A stretch of 64,000 nt of DNA. Origin: Hyphomicrobiaceae bacterium. GTDB lineage: Bacteria; Pseudomonadota; Alphaproteobacteria; Rhizobiales; Hyphomicrobiaceae. The stretch covers positions 36,065-100,064 of the forward strand of contig JANLPY010000421.1 in assembly GCA_031367505.1 (NCBI GenBank), given 5' to 3'. The notes beneath the pieces are model-generated. The model was not told the origin of the DNA, searched no databases, and saw only the letters and a list, made by a program, of their open reading frames with translations. The translations under genes and the position numbers were made by a program. Shown here piece after piece: positions 46,345 through 56,696 of the stretch (position 1 is the stretch's first letter; each line of letters opens with the position of its first letter).

Positions 46345-47571
46345 ATGAACTCCCGCCCCAACGGCCGTCCGTTTTTCTTTGCGCCCGGTCCGACCAACAT
46401 CCCGGACCGCATTCTGGGCGCCATGAACAAGCCGACGATGGATTTTCTGGCGCCGGAGTTTTTGACGATCCATGCCCGCGTGCATGAGGGCATTAAGAAG
46501 GTGCTGAAGACCAAGCAGCACCTATTTATGTACGCCGCCAACGGTCACGGCGCATGGGAAGCAGCGCTCGCAAACACACTGGCGCCGGGGGATAAGGTGC
46601 TGTCGCTCGAGTCGGGCTACTTCTCTGCCAACTGGGCGACGATGGCGCAGGAACTTGGGCTGGTGGTTGAGGTGTTACCGGCCGACTGGCGCACCGGCGT
46701 CGGCCAGGACGCGATGATCAAGCGCCTCAAGGCCGACCCGACCGGCGAGATCAAAGCCGTCCTCGTCGCCCATAACGAGACAGCAACTGGTGTCGCCACG
46801 CCGTTGCTGGAAGTTCGTCAAGCCCTCGATGAAGCCAAACACAAGGCAATGTTGTTTGCCGATACGATTTCCTCACTCGGCTCGTTCGACTTCCAGATGG
46901 ATAAATGGGGCGTCGATATCGTCGTCGGCGGCAGCCAGAAGGGGCTGATGATGACGACGGGTCTCTCATTCACCGGTGTCAGCGATCGCGCGCTCGAGTT
47001 GTCGAAGCACATCAAGACCCGCCGCAGCTATTGGAGCTGGGCGGATATGCTTACACGTCAGCCGCAGAAATTCCCCGGCACGACGCCCGTTCACATGTTC
47101 TTTGGCCTCGATGAATCGCTCAGTATGATCGAAGCTGAAGGCCTAGATGCGGTGTTCCGCCGCCATCGCCGCTATGCCAACGCAACGCGCGCCGCGATCG
47201 CTCATTGGGGCGGTGGGACTGTCAGTGGCGCCACGGTATCGGAGGCCGGGATCAAGGGCAGCATCAAGTCGTTGGAACTTGTCTGCGCGAACCCAAAGCG
47301 CATGTCGGATTCCGTGTCGGCGATCTTTACGCCGGATGGTCACGACGCCAACGCGCTACGAGCGCTAACGCAGAGCCGATACAATTTGACGCTCGGAGGC
47401 GGGCTTGGGCCACTGAATGGTCGCGTTTTCCGTATCGGCCACATGGGTGATCTGAATGAGCCGATGATGCTCGGCGCCCTTGCGACATTGGAGCTGGCGT
47501 TCAGCAGCGCGAAAGTCCCGCATCAGCCAGGTGGTGTTGATGCTGCGATGAAATCGCTTCTTGATGCCTGA
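46345..47571 (+). CDS. class V aminotransferase (serine/alanine--glyoxylate aminotransferase family)
   Basis: N-terminus FFAPGPTNIPDRIL, the SQKGLM PLP-Lys region, and a FRIGHMG tail. Confidence 0.85.
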   Translation: MNSRPNGRPFFFAPGPTNIPDRILGAMNKPTMDFLAPEFLTIHARVHEGIKKVLKTKQHLFMYAANGHGAWEAALANTLAPGDKVLSLESGYFSANWATMAQELGLVVEVLPADWRTGVGQDAMIKRLKADPTGEIKAVLVAHNETATGVATPLLEVRQALDEAKHKAMLFADTISSLGSFDFQMDKWGVDIVVGGSQKGLMMTTGLSFTGVSDRALELSKHIKTRRSYWSWADMLTRQPQKFPGTTPVHMFFGLDESLSMIEAEGLDAVFRRHRRYANATRAAIAHWGGGTVSGATVSEAGIKGSIKSLELVCANPKRMSDSVSAIFTPDGHDANALRALTQSRYNLTLGGGLGPLNGRVFRIGHMGDLNEPMMLGALATLELAFSSAKVPHQPGGVDAAMKSLLDA

Positions 47572-47693
47572 TTTTTCGGCACCTTGAATGTTGTACAGGC
47601 CATCCCCATCGGTTCACGCAAGTGTCACGGGTCCCCGACTATTTGGGGACTTAAATCGGCATCCGATCTAGGTTAAAGGAACGGCAAATCAAC

Positions 47694-47717
47694 TGCGCAC
47701 TGTTCGGTGCGCATTTT
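47694..47717 (+). terminator. intrinsic terminator after the aminotransferase gene
   Basis: TGCGCAC-tgttcg-GTGCGCA followed by TTTT. Confidence 0.55.
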
Positions 47718-47773
47718 GGCGTTGACGGTGCTTTGGGCTGCCGGCGCCTGCATTCACGAGGATCACACCCACT

Positions 47774-50743
47774 ATGTCACGAGAAGCGCAGAACGACGTC
47801 TTCGCGCGCACATCCTTCCTGAACGGCGTCAATGCCGCCTACATCGAGGAAATGCAGGCTCTGTACGAGCACAATCCCGGTGCGGTGAACGACGAGTGGC
47901 GACTATTTTTCCAGTCACTTCAGGATGAAAAGTCGAATGGTGCCGCCGATGCCAACGACGGCCCCTCCTGGGGGCGCCCGCTCAATGAATTGAACAGTGC
48001 TGGTAATCCCGACTTGATGGCGGCCCTAACCGGCGACTATGGCACTGCCGAGCGGGTCATCCAGGCGAAAATCCAGTCACGCGCAACTAACGTTGGTATC
48101 GATCTGTCCGGGTTTGCATCGTTGCGGGCGACGCAGGATTCGATCCGGGCGCTGATGTTGATCCGCGCCTACCGCGTGATGGGGCATCTGGTGGCCGACC
48201 TCGATCCGCTGGGGCTCACCGAGCGCAAGGTGCATAAGGAATTGAAGCCTGAGACGTATGGCTTCACCGAAGCTGACCTCGATCGCCCGATCTTTATCGA
48301 CAAAGTGCTGGGTCTCGAAACGGCGACCGTGCGCCAGATCCTGAAGATCTTGCGCCGCACCTATTGCCGCAAGATCGGCGTCGAATTCATGCACATCACT
48401 TCGCCGCTGCAGAAGGCGTGGATCCAGGAGCGGATCGAGGGCGAAGAGAAGGAAATCAAGTTCACCGTCGAGGGCAAGAAGGCGATCCTCAACAAGTTAA
48501 TCGAGGCCGAAAGCTTCGAGAAGTTCGCCGAGGTCAAATACACGGGCACCAAGCGTTTCGGCCTCGAAGGGGCCGAGACCATGATCCCCGCGCTGGAGCA
48601 GATCATCAAGCGCGGCGGGCAGCTCGGTATCAATCAAATCGTGCTGGGTATGGCCCATCGCGGCCGCCTCAACGTTCTTGGCAACGTCATGAGTAAGCCG
48701 TTGCGCGCGATCTTCAACGAGTTCAAGGGCGGATCGTTCAAGCCTGATGATGTCGAAGGTTCGGGCGACGTGAAGTATCATCTAGGCGCATCGTCCGATC
48801 GCAGCTTCGATGGCAACAACGTCCATCTTTCGTTGACCGCGAATCCGAGTCACTTGGAAATTGTTGATCCGGTTGTGCTGGGCAAGGTGCGCGCGAAGCA
48901 GGACCAAAACGGCGATACCGAGCGCACCACTGTGTTGCCACTGCTGATCCACGGCGACGCAGCGTTCGCCGGTCAAGGCGTGGTCGCTGAATGCTTTGGC
49001 TTGTCGGGTTTGAAGGGCCACCGCACCGGCGGGTCGATCCACTTCATCATCAACAACCAGATCGGCTTCACCACAAATCCGCGCCTGTCACGCTCGTCGC
49101 CCTATTGCTCGGACGTGGCGCGCATGGTCGAGGCGCCGATATTCCACGTCAACGGTGACGATCCGGAAGCCGTGACGCACGTCGCCAAGATCGCCATTGA
49201 ATTCCGTCAGAAGTTCAAGAAGCCGGTCGTGATCGACATGATCTGCTATCGCCGCCACGGCCATAACGAGAGTGACGAGCCCTCGTTCACTCAGCCGCGT
49301 ATGTATACAAAAATCAGAGCGCTACCGACGACGGTGACGCTTTACGGGCAAAAATTGATCGACGAAGGCACGCTAACCTCAGCCGATGTGGACGGCATGA
49401 AGGCCGCCTGCCGCGCCCGTCTCGATACTGAGCTTGCAGCCGCCGACGGCTACAAGCCGAACAAGGCAGATTGGTTGGATGGCCGTTGGTCCGGGCTCGG
49501 CGCCGATGAGGACGAAGCCCGCCGGGGCAATACCGGCGTCGCGCTCGATGTGCTGCGCGAGGTTGGCCGCCGCCTGACCAGCATCCCGAATGATTTCAAC
49601 GCGCACAAGACAGTCCAGCGTCTGCTTGATCGCCGTCGCGAGATGATCGAGCAGGGCGAGGGTATCGATTGGGCGATGGCCGAAAGCCTCGCGTTCGGCA
49701 CGCTTCTACGTGAGCGCTCGCCTGTTCGCTTGTCGGGCCAAGATGTCGAGCGTGGCACCTTCTCGCAGCGTCACTCGGTGCTCATCGATCAGGTGTCGGA
49801 ACGCCGCTATACGCCGCTCAAGTACGTATCACCGGATCAGGGCCGCTTCGAAGTCGTCAACTCGATGTTGTCGGAAGAGGCAGTGCTCGGGTTCGAGTAC
49901 GGTTATACGCTGGCCGAACCCATGGCGTTGACCCTGTGGGAAGCTCAATTCGGCGATTTTGCTAACGGCGCGCAGGTGATCTTCGATCAGTTCCTGTGTT
50001 CAGGCGAGCGCAAATGGTTGCGGATGTCGGGACTCGTCTGCTTGTTGCCGCACGGTTACGAGGGCCAGGGGCCGGAGCATTCTTCGGCTCGGTTGGAGCG
50101 GTTCCTGCAAAATTCGGCCGAGGACAACTGGCAGGTCGCCAATTGCACAACGCCCGCCAATTATTTCCATATTCTGCGTCGCCAGATCCGTCGCCAGATC
50201 CGCAAGCCGCTCATTTTGATGACGCCAAAGTCGTTGCTGCGTCACAAGCGGGTGATTTCGAGCCTCGCCGATATGGGTCCCGACTCATCATTCCATCGCG
50301 TATTGTGGGACGATGCCGATGCGAAGAAGTCTGTCGCCGCAGCCGGCACGATCAAACTGAAACCGGACGCCGAAATCCGCCGCGTTGTGATGTGCACGGG
50401 CAAGGTCTACTACGATCTGTACGAAGGCCGTGAAGCTGCCGGCATCGACGACGTTTACATCCTGCGTGTCGAACAACTGTATCCGTTCCCGGCGCGCTCG
50501 CTGATGGCCGAACTTGGGCGCTTCCCGAATGCGGAAGTCGTCTGGTGCCAGGAGGAGCCTCGTAATATGGGCGCCTGGTCCTACATCGAGCCAAATGTCG
50601 AATGGACGCTTGGACAGATCAATGCGAAGGCGAAACGGGCGCGGTACGTTGGACGGGCAGCAGCGGCATCGACCGCCACCGGCCAGTTGTCGCGGCATGT
50701 TGCCGAGCAAAAATCTCTTGTAACAGACAGTCTTTCGGTCTGA
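47774..50743 (+). CDS. sucA: 2-oxoglutarate dehydrogenase E1 component
   Basis: 989 aa with an SFLNGVNAAYIEEM start, a ThDP-binding region and the conserved ...PKSLLRHK segment. Confidence 0.95.
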   Translation: MSREAQNDVFARTSFLNGVNAAYIEEMQALYEHNPGAVNDEWRLFFQSLQDEKSNGAADANDGPSWGRPLNELNSAGNPDLMAALTGDYGTAERVIQAKIQSRATNVGIDLSGFASLRATQDSIRALMLIRAYRVMGHLVADLDPLGLTERKVHKELKPETYGFTEADLDRPIFIDKVLGLETATVRQILKILRRTYCRKIGVEFMHITSPLQKAWIQERIEGEEKEIKFTVEGKKAILNKLIEAESFEKFAEVKYTGTKRFGLEGAETMIPALEQIIKRGGQLGINQIVLGMAHRGRLNVLGNVMSKPLRAIFNEFKGGSFKPDDVEGSGDVKYHLGASSDRSFDGNNVHLSLTANPSHLEIVDPVVLGKVRAKQDQNGDTERTTVLPLLIHGDAAFAGQGVVAECFGLSGLKGHRTGGSIHFIINNQIGFTTNPRLSRSSPYCSDVARMVEAPIFHVNGDDPEAVTHVAKIAIEFRQKFKKPVVIDMICYRRHGHNESDEPSFTQPRMYTKIRALPTTVTLYGQKLIDEGTLTSADVDGMKAACRARLDTELAAADGYKPNKADWLDGRWSGLGADEDEARRGNTGVALDVLREVGRRLTSIPNDFNAHKTVQRLLDRRREMIEQGEGIDWAMAESLAFGTLLRERSPVRLSGQDVERGTFSQRHSVLIDQVSERRYTPLKYVSPDQGRFEVVNSMLSEEAVLGFEYGYTLAEPMALTLWEAQFGDFANGAQVIFDQFLCSGERKWLRMSGLVCLLPHGYEGQGPEHSSARLERFLQNSAEDNWQVANCTTPANYFHILRRQIRRQIRKPLILMTPKSLLRHKRVISSLADMGPDSSFHRVLWDDADAKKSVAAAGTIKLKPDAEIRRVVMCTGKVYYDLYEGREAAGIDDVYILRVEQLYPFPARSLMAELGRFPNAEVVWCQEEPRNMGAWSYIEPNVEWTLGQINAKAKRARYVGRAAAASTATGQLSRHVAEQKSLVTDSLSV

Positions 50744-50816
50744 TCGACGGTTTGAGTAACATAAATTTGCAACTTGGATCGTCCGCACGGGCGATCTCAT
50801 TTTTGAGGACCTGACT

Positions 50817-52082
50817 ATGGCCGTTGAAATCCGGGTGCCGACACTCGGCGAGAGCGTGACCGAAGCAACGGTCGGCAAGTGGTTCAAGAAAGTCGGCGAT
50901 CAGATCAAGATCGACGAACCGCTATGCGAGCTCGAAACCGACAAAGTGACCGTCGAGGTTCCCGCGTCCGTTGCCGGAGTGTTGGCGTCGATCGACGTGG
51001 AACAAGGTACGACCATCGCCGTCGGCGGCTTGTTGGGTACGATCAAAGAGGGGGCAATGGCATCGACGACACCGGCAGCGTCTGCTCCCGCTCCCCAGGT
51101 TTCAGCAACATCTGCCGCCAAGCCAGCTCCAGCCGCCACCGCCAAGACCGATATGCCACCTGCTCCGTCGGCTCGGAAAATCCTGGAAGAAATAGGCATT
51201 AATCCGGCAGACGTCGCCGGCTCCGGCAAGCGCGGTCAGGTGCTCAAGGAAGATGCCGCGGCGGCTGCCGCCAAGCCTCCCGCTGCGCCGACTCAGACCC
51301 AATCTCCGGTGCCTTACACGGCGATGACGCCAACACCTGTTCCCGCCTCGCAAATTCGCCATGCCGCACCGGCCAACGATGCCGCACGCGAAGAGCGCGT
51401 GAAGATGTCCCGGCTGCGCCAGACCATCGCGCGCCGCTTGAAGGACGCGCAAAACACCGCCGCGATGCTGACGACGTTCAACGACGTCGACATGAGCGCG
51501 GTGATGGCGATGCGCACGCAGTATAAGGATTTGTTCGAGAAGCGTTACGGCATCAAGCTCGGCTTCATGGGCTTTTTCGTTAAAGCCTGCTTGCAGGCCT
51601 TGAAGGAAATCCCGGCGGTCAATGCCGAGATGGACGGCACCGATATCATCTACAAGAATTACTATCACATCGGCGTCGCGGTCGGTACTGACAAGGGACT
51701 CGTGGTGCCGGTGGTGCGCGAAGCTGATCGCCTTAGCCTCGCCGAAATCGAAGGTTCGATCGCTGGTTATGGCAAGCGTGCTCGGGACGGCAAACTCGGC
51801 ATAGAGGACATGCAGGGTGGCACGTTCACGATCTCTAACGGCGGCGTTTACGGCTCGCTGATGTCAACGCCGATCCTCAACGCACCGCAGTCCGGCATCC
51901 TCGGCATGCACAAGATCGAGGAGCGCGCGGTCGTCCGCAATGGCCAGATTGTCGCCCGCCCGATGATGTATCTCGCACTCAGCTACGATCACCGTATCGT
52001 CGATGGCAAGGAAGCCGTGACGTTCCTGGTGCGCGTCAAAGAGTGCCTCGAAGATCCGCAACGTTTCGTATTGGAACTGTGA
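50817..52082 (+). CDS. sucB: dihydrolipoyllysine-residue succinyltransferase (E2o)
   Basis: Lipoyl domain [11 protein letters not shown], Ala/Pro linker, catalytic [10 protein letters not shown]. Confidence 0.95.
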   Translation: MAVEIRVPTLGESVTEATVGKWFKKVGDQIKIDEPLCELETDKVTVEVPASVAGVLASIDVEQGTTIAVGGLLGTIKEGAMASTTPAASAPAPQVSATSAAKPAPAATAKTDMPPAPSARKILEEIGINPADVAGSGKRGQVLKEDAAAAAAKPPAAPTQTQSPVPYTAMTPTPVPASQIRHAAPANDAAREERVKMSRLRQTIARRLKDAQNTAAMLTTFNDVDMSAVMAMRTQYKDLFEKRYGIKLGFMGFFVKACLQALKEIPAVNAEMDGTDIIYKNYYHIGVAVGTDKGLVVPVVREADRLSLAEIEGSIAGYGKRARDGKLGIEDMQGGTFTISNGGVYGSLMSTPILNAPQSGILGMHKIEERAVVRNGQIVARPMMYLALSYDHRIVDGKEAVTFLVRVKECLEDPQRFVLEL

Positions 52083-52095
52083 GTTAGCCGCCGAG

Positions 52096-52491
52096 ATGGG
52101 CCAATGGGTAGCAATTTCGGAAATCGTCAGGAATCTGGCACTGGCGATAGCGGCCGGGGTCGGTGCGATTTTGGCCTGGCGCCCACTTTCACCTGCCTCC
52201 TTGCAGGCAAAATCAGCAGGCACGCAGGCGGATCTCGCCCGACGTGGACACGTTACTGAGCTCTTCAATCGAGCCGCCGGGCAACTTCGAGACCCAAATC
52301 TTGAGGTTCGCTTGGCGGCAATTTTCGTGCTGCGGGAGACAGCTAAGGATTTTCCTGATCTTTCTGACCCTGTTTTTGAGTTGCTTCAGGCTTATTTGAG
52401 GCAAAGTAAGATAGACTACGGTGATGAGGAACCGCCCATCGACATTGCCGAGGCAATGAAAGTGTTGAGGGGCAGATTAGGAGGTTCGTGA
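52096..52491 (+). CDS. hypothetical membrane-anchored protein with HEAT-like repeat
   Basis: N-terminal hydrophobic helix and an LRDPNLEVRLAAIFVLRETAKDFPD HEAT-like motif. The stop overlaps the next ATG (TGATG). Confidence 0.55.
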   Translation: MGQWVAISEIVRNLALAIAAGVGAILAWRPLSPASLQAKSAGTQADLARRGHVTELFNRAAGQLRDPNLEVRLAAIFVLRETAKDFPDLSDPVFELLQAYLRQSKIDYGDEEPPIDIAEAMKVLRGRLGGS

Positions 52492-52793
52492 TGCTGAATT
52501 TGCATACCCGAAAGAGCGGGCCAAAGCTCGATATCCATGGCGCTTTTGTGCGGCGCACCGATCTGAGTGGTGCGTCACTGCGCTATGCCAACTTGTCTGG
52601 TGCGGACGCCACCAACGCGATTTTCCGCGGCGCTGATTTTGCCGGGGCAAATTTGGCAGGTACGGTTCTGTGCGGCGCAGACCTAAGCGAAGCGAAGAAT
52701 TTGACGGTCGAGCAGTTGGCAGTTGCTGTGATCGACGAAAAGACTGTGCTGCCCAGTTACATTGACCGAACTCGCTTGAAGTCATCGCGATAA
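52491..52793 (+). CDS. pentapeptide-repeat protein
   Basis: Runs of A(D/N)LxG pentapeptides (TDLSGASLRYANLSGADATNAIFRGADFAGANLAGTVLCGADLSEA). A perfect AGGAGG lies 9 nt upstream of the ATG. Confidence 0.7.
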   Translation: MLNLHTRKSGPKLDIHGAFVRRTDLSGASLRYANLSGADATNAIFRGADFAGANLAGTVLCGADLSEAKNLTVEQLAVAVIDEKTVLPSYIDRTRLKSSR

Positions 52794-52808
52794 TTCTCGA
52801 AAGTTTTC

Positions 52809-54221
52809 ATGACCTACGACCTCATCATCATCGGCGCTGGTCCGGGCGGCTATGTTTGCGCGATACGGGCATCGCAACTTGGTCTCAAGACGGCGATCAT
52901 CGAGAAGCGCAAAACGCTTGGCGGCGTGTGTGCCAATGTCGGCTGCATTCCGTCGAAGGCGCTTCTGCACGCGACCGAATTGTTCGATGAGGCCGGTCAC
53001 GGCTTCGCGGCGTTCGGCATCGATATTCCGGCGCCGAAGCTCAACTTGCCGGCGATGATGAAGCACAAAGCCGACACCGTCGCCTCGAATGTCGGCGGCG
53101 TGGCGATGCTGATGAAGAAGAACAAGATCGACACGCACTACGGCACCGGCGTCATCACGGCGCCGGGCAAAGTGCGCGTCACAGCCGACGACGGCAAAAC
53201 CTCTGATCTCGACGCAAAATCCATCGTGATCGCCACCGGCTCCGATGTCGCAGCATTGCGCGGCGCCGATGGCCAACCAGTCGCGTTCGACGAGAAGATC
53301 GTCATTTCATCAACCGGCGCGCTGGAGCTGGAGAAGGTCCCGGGTCATCTCATCGTTGTCGGCGCCGGCGTCATTGGCCTCGAACTCGGCTCGGTGTGGA
53401 AGCGGCTTGGCTCTAAGGTCACCGTGATCGAGTTCACCGATAAATGCCTCGGCGGCATGGACGCTGAGCTAGGCAAGCAATTCCAGCGCTTGATGGAAAA
53501 GCAGGGCATGGTGTTCCACATGTCCTCGAAAGTGACGAAGGTCGAAAAGGCCGGTGCTGGAGCAAAGGTAACGTTTGAACCAGTTGCGGGCGGCGCTGGG
53601 TCGGTCATGGAATGCGATGTTGTGCTGATCGCAACCGGCCGCACGCCATACACCACCGGGCTCGGACTAGAAGCGGTGGGCGTTGCCACCGAACGCGGAC
53701 GGGTTGTGATTGACGATCATTTCGCAACCAACATTCAAGGCATCTATGCCATCGGTGACGTCGTGCGCGGGCCGATGCTTGCTCATAAGGCGGAAGAAGA
53801 AGGCGTTGCCATTGCCGAACTTCTTGCCGGCCAAGCGGGGCATGTGAATTACAACGTCATCCCCGGCGTCGTGTACACCTATCCGGAAGTCGCGTCGGTT
53901 GGTCAAACCGAGGAAGAATTGAAAGCCGCCGGCATTGCCTACAAGGCCGGTAAATTCCCGTTCATGGCCAATGGCCGCGCGCGCGCCAATCGCACGACGG
54001 ATGGTTTCGTGAAAGTGCTCGCCGATGCCACGACGGATCGCGTGCTGGGTGTGCATATCCTTGGCGCAGGTGCTGGCGATTTGATCCACGAAGCGGCCGT
54101 GCTAATGGAGTTCGGTGGATCGTCGGAGGATCTGGCGCGCACATGTCACGCCCATCCAACGATGAGCGAAGCCGTCAAGGAAGCGGCGCTATCAGTCGAA
54201 AAGCGCGCCATCCACATGTAG
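52809..54221 (+). CDS. lpdA: dihydrolipoyl dehydrogenase (E3)
   Basis: GAGPGGY, redox-active GGVCANVGCIPSK, and C-terminal HAHPTMSE. Confidence 0.95.
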   Translation: MTYDLIIIGAGPGGYVCAIRASQLGLKTAIIEKRKTLGGVCANVGCIPSKALLHATELFDEAGHGFAAFGIDIPAPKLNLPAMMKHKADTVASNVGGVAMLMKKNKIDTHYGTGVITAPGKVRVTADDGKTSDLDAKSIVIATGSDVAALRGADGQPVAFDEKIVISSTGALELEKVPGHLIVVGAGVIGLELGSVWKRLGSKVTVIEFTDKCLGGMDAELGKQFQRLMEKQGMVFHMSSKVTKVEKAGAGAKVTFEPVAGGAGSVMECDVVLIATGRTPYTTGLGLEAVGVATERGRVVIDDHFATNIQGIYAIGDVVRGPMLAHKAEEEGVAIAELLAGQAGHVNYNVIPGVVYTYPEVASVGQTEEELKAAGIAYKAGKFPFMANGRARANRTTDGFVKVLADATTDRVLGVHILGAGAGDLIHEAAVLMEFGGSSEDLARTCHAHPTMSEAVKEAALSVEKRAIHM

Positions 54222-54285
54222 TCAATACGTCTTGTGCATGCGGTATGCGCACGACGGGGAACTTGATCAACTCAATGAGGGTGTC

Positions 54286-55023
54286 ATGTTGCGCATGTCC
54301 ACACTGGCCGCTCTAACGGTCGGATTGCTAGTCGCTGGTTGTGATTACATTCCGGCGTCATGGTTGAAAAAAGTATCGAGCCTGACAAGCGGTGCCATCT
54401 CCGCCAATTCGTTCAGCGGCACGATCCAGGCGGAATTCGTGATTCCAGTGAAGCCTGACGACAATTTCCGCGATATGAAGCTGCTGAACGCGATCACGTA
54501 TGTTGATCCGCGCGGCGTCAAGTGGGAGGTTCCGGCCGGCTACATCACCAATGGTGCATCGGTACCGTGGGGCCTGTGGAACATTGTCGGTGGACCCTAC
54601 GATGGTCCATATCGCGACGCGGCGGTCGTGCACGACTATTATACCGAATTCAAATTACGTCCCTGGGAAGACACCCACCGTATGTACTACGAGGCGTCGA
54701 TCGCGCGCGGCATTAGTGAGTCACGCGCTGGTGTGATGTATGCCGGCCTGCTCGTCGGTGCCGATCGTTGGGATCCGCCGGCCGCTGGTGCGGTTGTCCC
54801 CAAGAAGGCGCAGATGATGCCAGGATCATTCCAACTGGCCCAAGTGCCGCCGCCAGCAACGAATAAACCGATCGCTCCAGGCGCAACACCGACCGTCAAT
54901 CAGCAAGAGTTGTTCAACGAGTTGAAGGTTTGGATCGAGCGTGAAAAGCCGACACCCGATCAGATCGCCAAGCGCGTCGAGGAATTGCGCAAGGCGCGCG
55001 GCATGCCGTCAAAACCGAAGTGA
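54286..55023 (+). CDS. DUF1353-like lipoprotein
   Basis: Lipobox LLVAGC after ATG 54286 (GAGGG upstream), with YITNGASVPW and AAVVHDYY motifs. Confidence 0.65.
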   Translation: MLRMSTLAALTVGLLVAGCDYIPASWLKKVSSLTSGAISANSFSGTIQAEFVIPVKPDDNFRDMKLLNAITYVDPRGVKWEVPAGYITNGASVPWGLWNIVGGPYDGPYRDAAVVHDYYTEFKLRPWEDTHRMYYEASIARGISESRAGVMYAGLLVGADRWDPPAAGAVVPKKAQMMPGSFQLAQVPPPATNKPIAPGATPTVNQQELFNELKVWIEREKPTPDQIAKRVEELRKARGMPSKPK

Positions 55024-55062
55024 GCTCCAGCCTGGCCATCTGACGGTTCGCAATGGAATTGA

Positions 55063-55959
55063 GTGGCCGTGCAGAAAGCGACGACAACCCCGCCTATTGA
55101 GCAACGCCCGCTATTGGGCGTCGGACTCATGGTCGCAGCGATGCTCGCCCTGCCGATCATGGATGCAGCGGCGAAGTACATGTCGGGGCGCATTCCGACG
55201 CTTGAATTGGTCTGGGCACGGTTTTTCTTCCATACGGCGATCCTGACACCGTTGGCGCTTTGGCATTATCCGGTTCGAGCCTTGGTTCCGCAGCGCGCGG
55301 GTCTGCAAACCGTTCGCGCATTGATGATTCTATGCGCGACGGCGTTGTTCTTCAGGGCGGTCGCGTCGATGCCGCTGGCCGATACGCTGGCGGTATTCTT
55401 CATCTACCCGTTCGTTATCACGGCGTTAGCGCCTTGGGTTCTGGGCGACCGTGTCGGTGTATGGCGGTGGACCGCGACGATCATCGGCTTTGCCGGCGCA
55501 TTGGTGATTATTCAGCCGGGCTTCGCTTCACTTTCATACGGCGTGTTATTCGCGATCGGCGCCGGGCTTTGCTACAGCTTTTACGCACTGAGTACACGCA
55601 AGCTCGCTGGCATCGATCGGCCGTTCGTTACGCTGTACTTTACCGGGTGCGTCGGTCTGCTGGTCACGAGCTGCATTTTACCTGCGGTCTGGGTGATGCC
55701 TGGACCGGGAGATTGGGCGCTGATGGCCCTAATCGGACTGGTCTCGGCCGCCGGTCATTACTGCGTGATCCGGGCATCTGAGAATGCACCGGCGTCGCTG
55801 CTGGCGCCCTTGGCATATATCGAGATCATCTCGGCGACCCTGCTCGGCTATTTCATCTTCGCCGACCTGCCCGATCGCACGACGTGGATCGGCATCGCGA
55901 TTATCGTGGCTAGTGGCGCGGTGATCGCGTGGCGTGAGAAAGTTCGCGGCGTCGCCTAA
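55063..55959 (+). CDS. DMT-superfamily (EamA) transporter
   Basis: About ten hydrophobic segments and a duplicated EamA-like architecture. Confidence 0.85.
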   Translation: MAVQKATTTPPIEQRPLLGVGLMVAAMLALPIMDAAAKYMSGRIPTLELVWARFFFHTAILTPLALWHYPVRALVPQRAGLQTVRALMILCATALFFRAVASMPLADTLAVFFIYPFVITALAPWVLGDRVGVWRWTATIIGFAGALVIIQPGFASLSYGVLFAIGAGLCYSFYALSTRKLAGIDRPFVTLYFTGCVGLLVTSCILPAVWVMPGPGDWALMALIGLVSAAGHYCVIRASENAPASLLAPLAYIEIISATLLGYFIFADLPDRTTWIGIAIIVASGAVIAWREKVRGVA

Positions 55960-56696
55960 ATTTGCGTGTCCCACTGCGTGCGGGCAAAACCTGGATACGT
56001 TTCGGCGACCTCCCGCGCAACACGCGTGCGCAACAATGTCAATGCATCGGCCGCCAAGGCTTTCGTGTGAGGTACATCGGCTGGCGCGTCGTATTCGAAA
56101 CCGGTTGCCGCGCGGACGTCAGCCGCACTTACACCTGGATGCGTACTTTCCAGACGAAACCCGCCGCGTGCCTTTTCGAACGAGAACGCGCACAGACCGG
56201 TGACCAGCGCATACGGGCCGCCGGGCCGATACTCGCCTTCCGGTGATGTACCGGTGGCGCTAATGAAATCGACTTTGGGCACCAGCGTGCGCGGTGAATG
56301 CTCTTCGCGGAACAAGATGACGCGAGGGATCAAGTGATAGAGGTAGGCAGATCCGAACGATCCGGGAAACCGCACCTTCGGCTTTTGCGGATCGCCCAAA
56401 CCCACAAGATTGATATTGCCGTGACCGTCGATCTGGCCGCCCGATAAAAAGAACGCATCGATACGCCCCTGAGCTGCGCAGTCGAACAGCTCGCGGCCAC
56501 CATCGGTGAACGGATTGTGCGCCTCGCTGCCGAGCAATGACACGCGCATCCGGCCACCCGATAGCGCGCGCGCCAGCAGTGCGGCCGAACCTGGGATCGG
56601 CGACGATGAGCCAACCGCCACATGGCCCAAGCCTTCCAGCAGGCGAGCAATTGCACCGATCATGATCTCGGGCGTCGATGGAAGTTGGACGTTCAT
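55956..56696 (-). CDS. CoA-transferase subunit B (3-oxoacid/glutaconate CoA-transferase family)
   Basis: Family pattern with FFLSGGQIDGHGNINLVG. It overlaps the subunit A stop. Confidence 0.8.
   Translation of the reverse strand: MNVQLPSTPEIMIGAIARLLEGLGHVAVGSSSPIPGSAALLARALSGGRMRVSLLGSEAHNPFTDGGRELFDCAAQGRIDAFFLSGGQIDGHGNINLVGLGDPQKPKVRFPGSFGSAYLYHLIPRVILFREEHSPRTLVPKVDFISATGTSPEGEYRPGGPYALVTGLCAFSFEKARGGFRLESTHPGVSAADVRAATGFEYDAPADVPHTKALAADALTLLRTRVAREVAETYPGFARTQWDTQI

Noticed and set aside
50177-50200. A perfect tandem 12-bp repeat (CGTCGCCAGATC x2) inside sucA, encoding RRQIRRQI.
   Set aside because: It is in frame and does not change the length of this conserved SucA segment relative to what I recall of orthologues (RRQ.....RKPLI). 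It is most likely chance or a micro-conversion with no functional implication.
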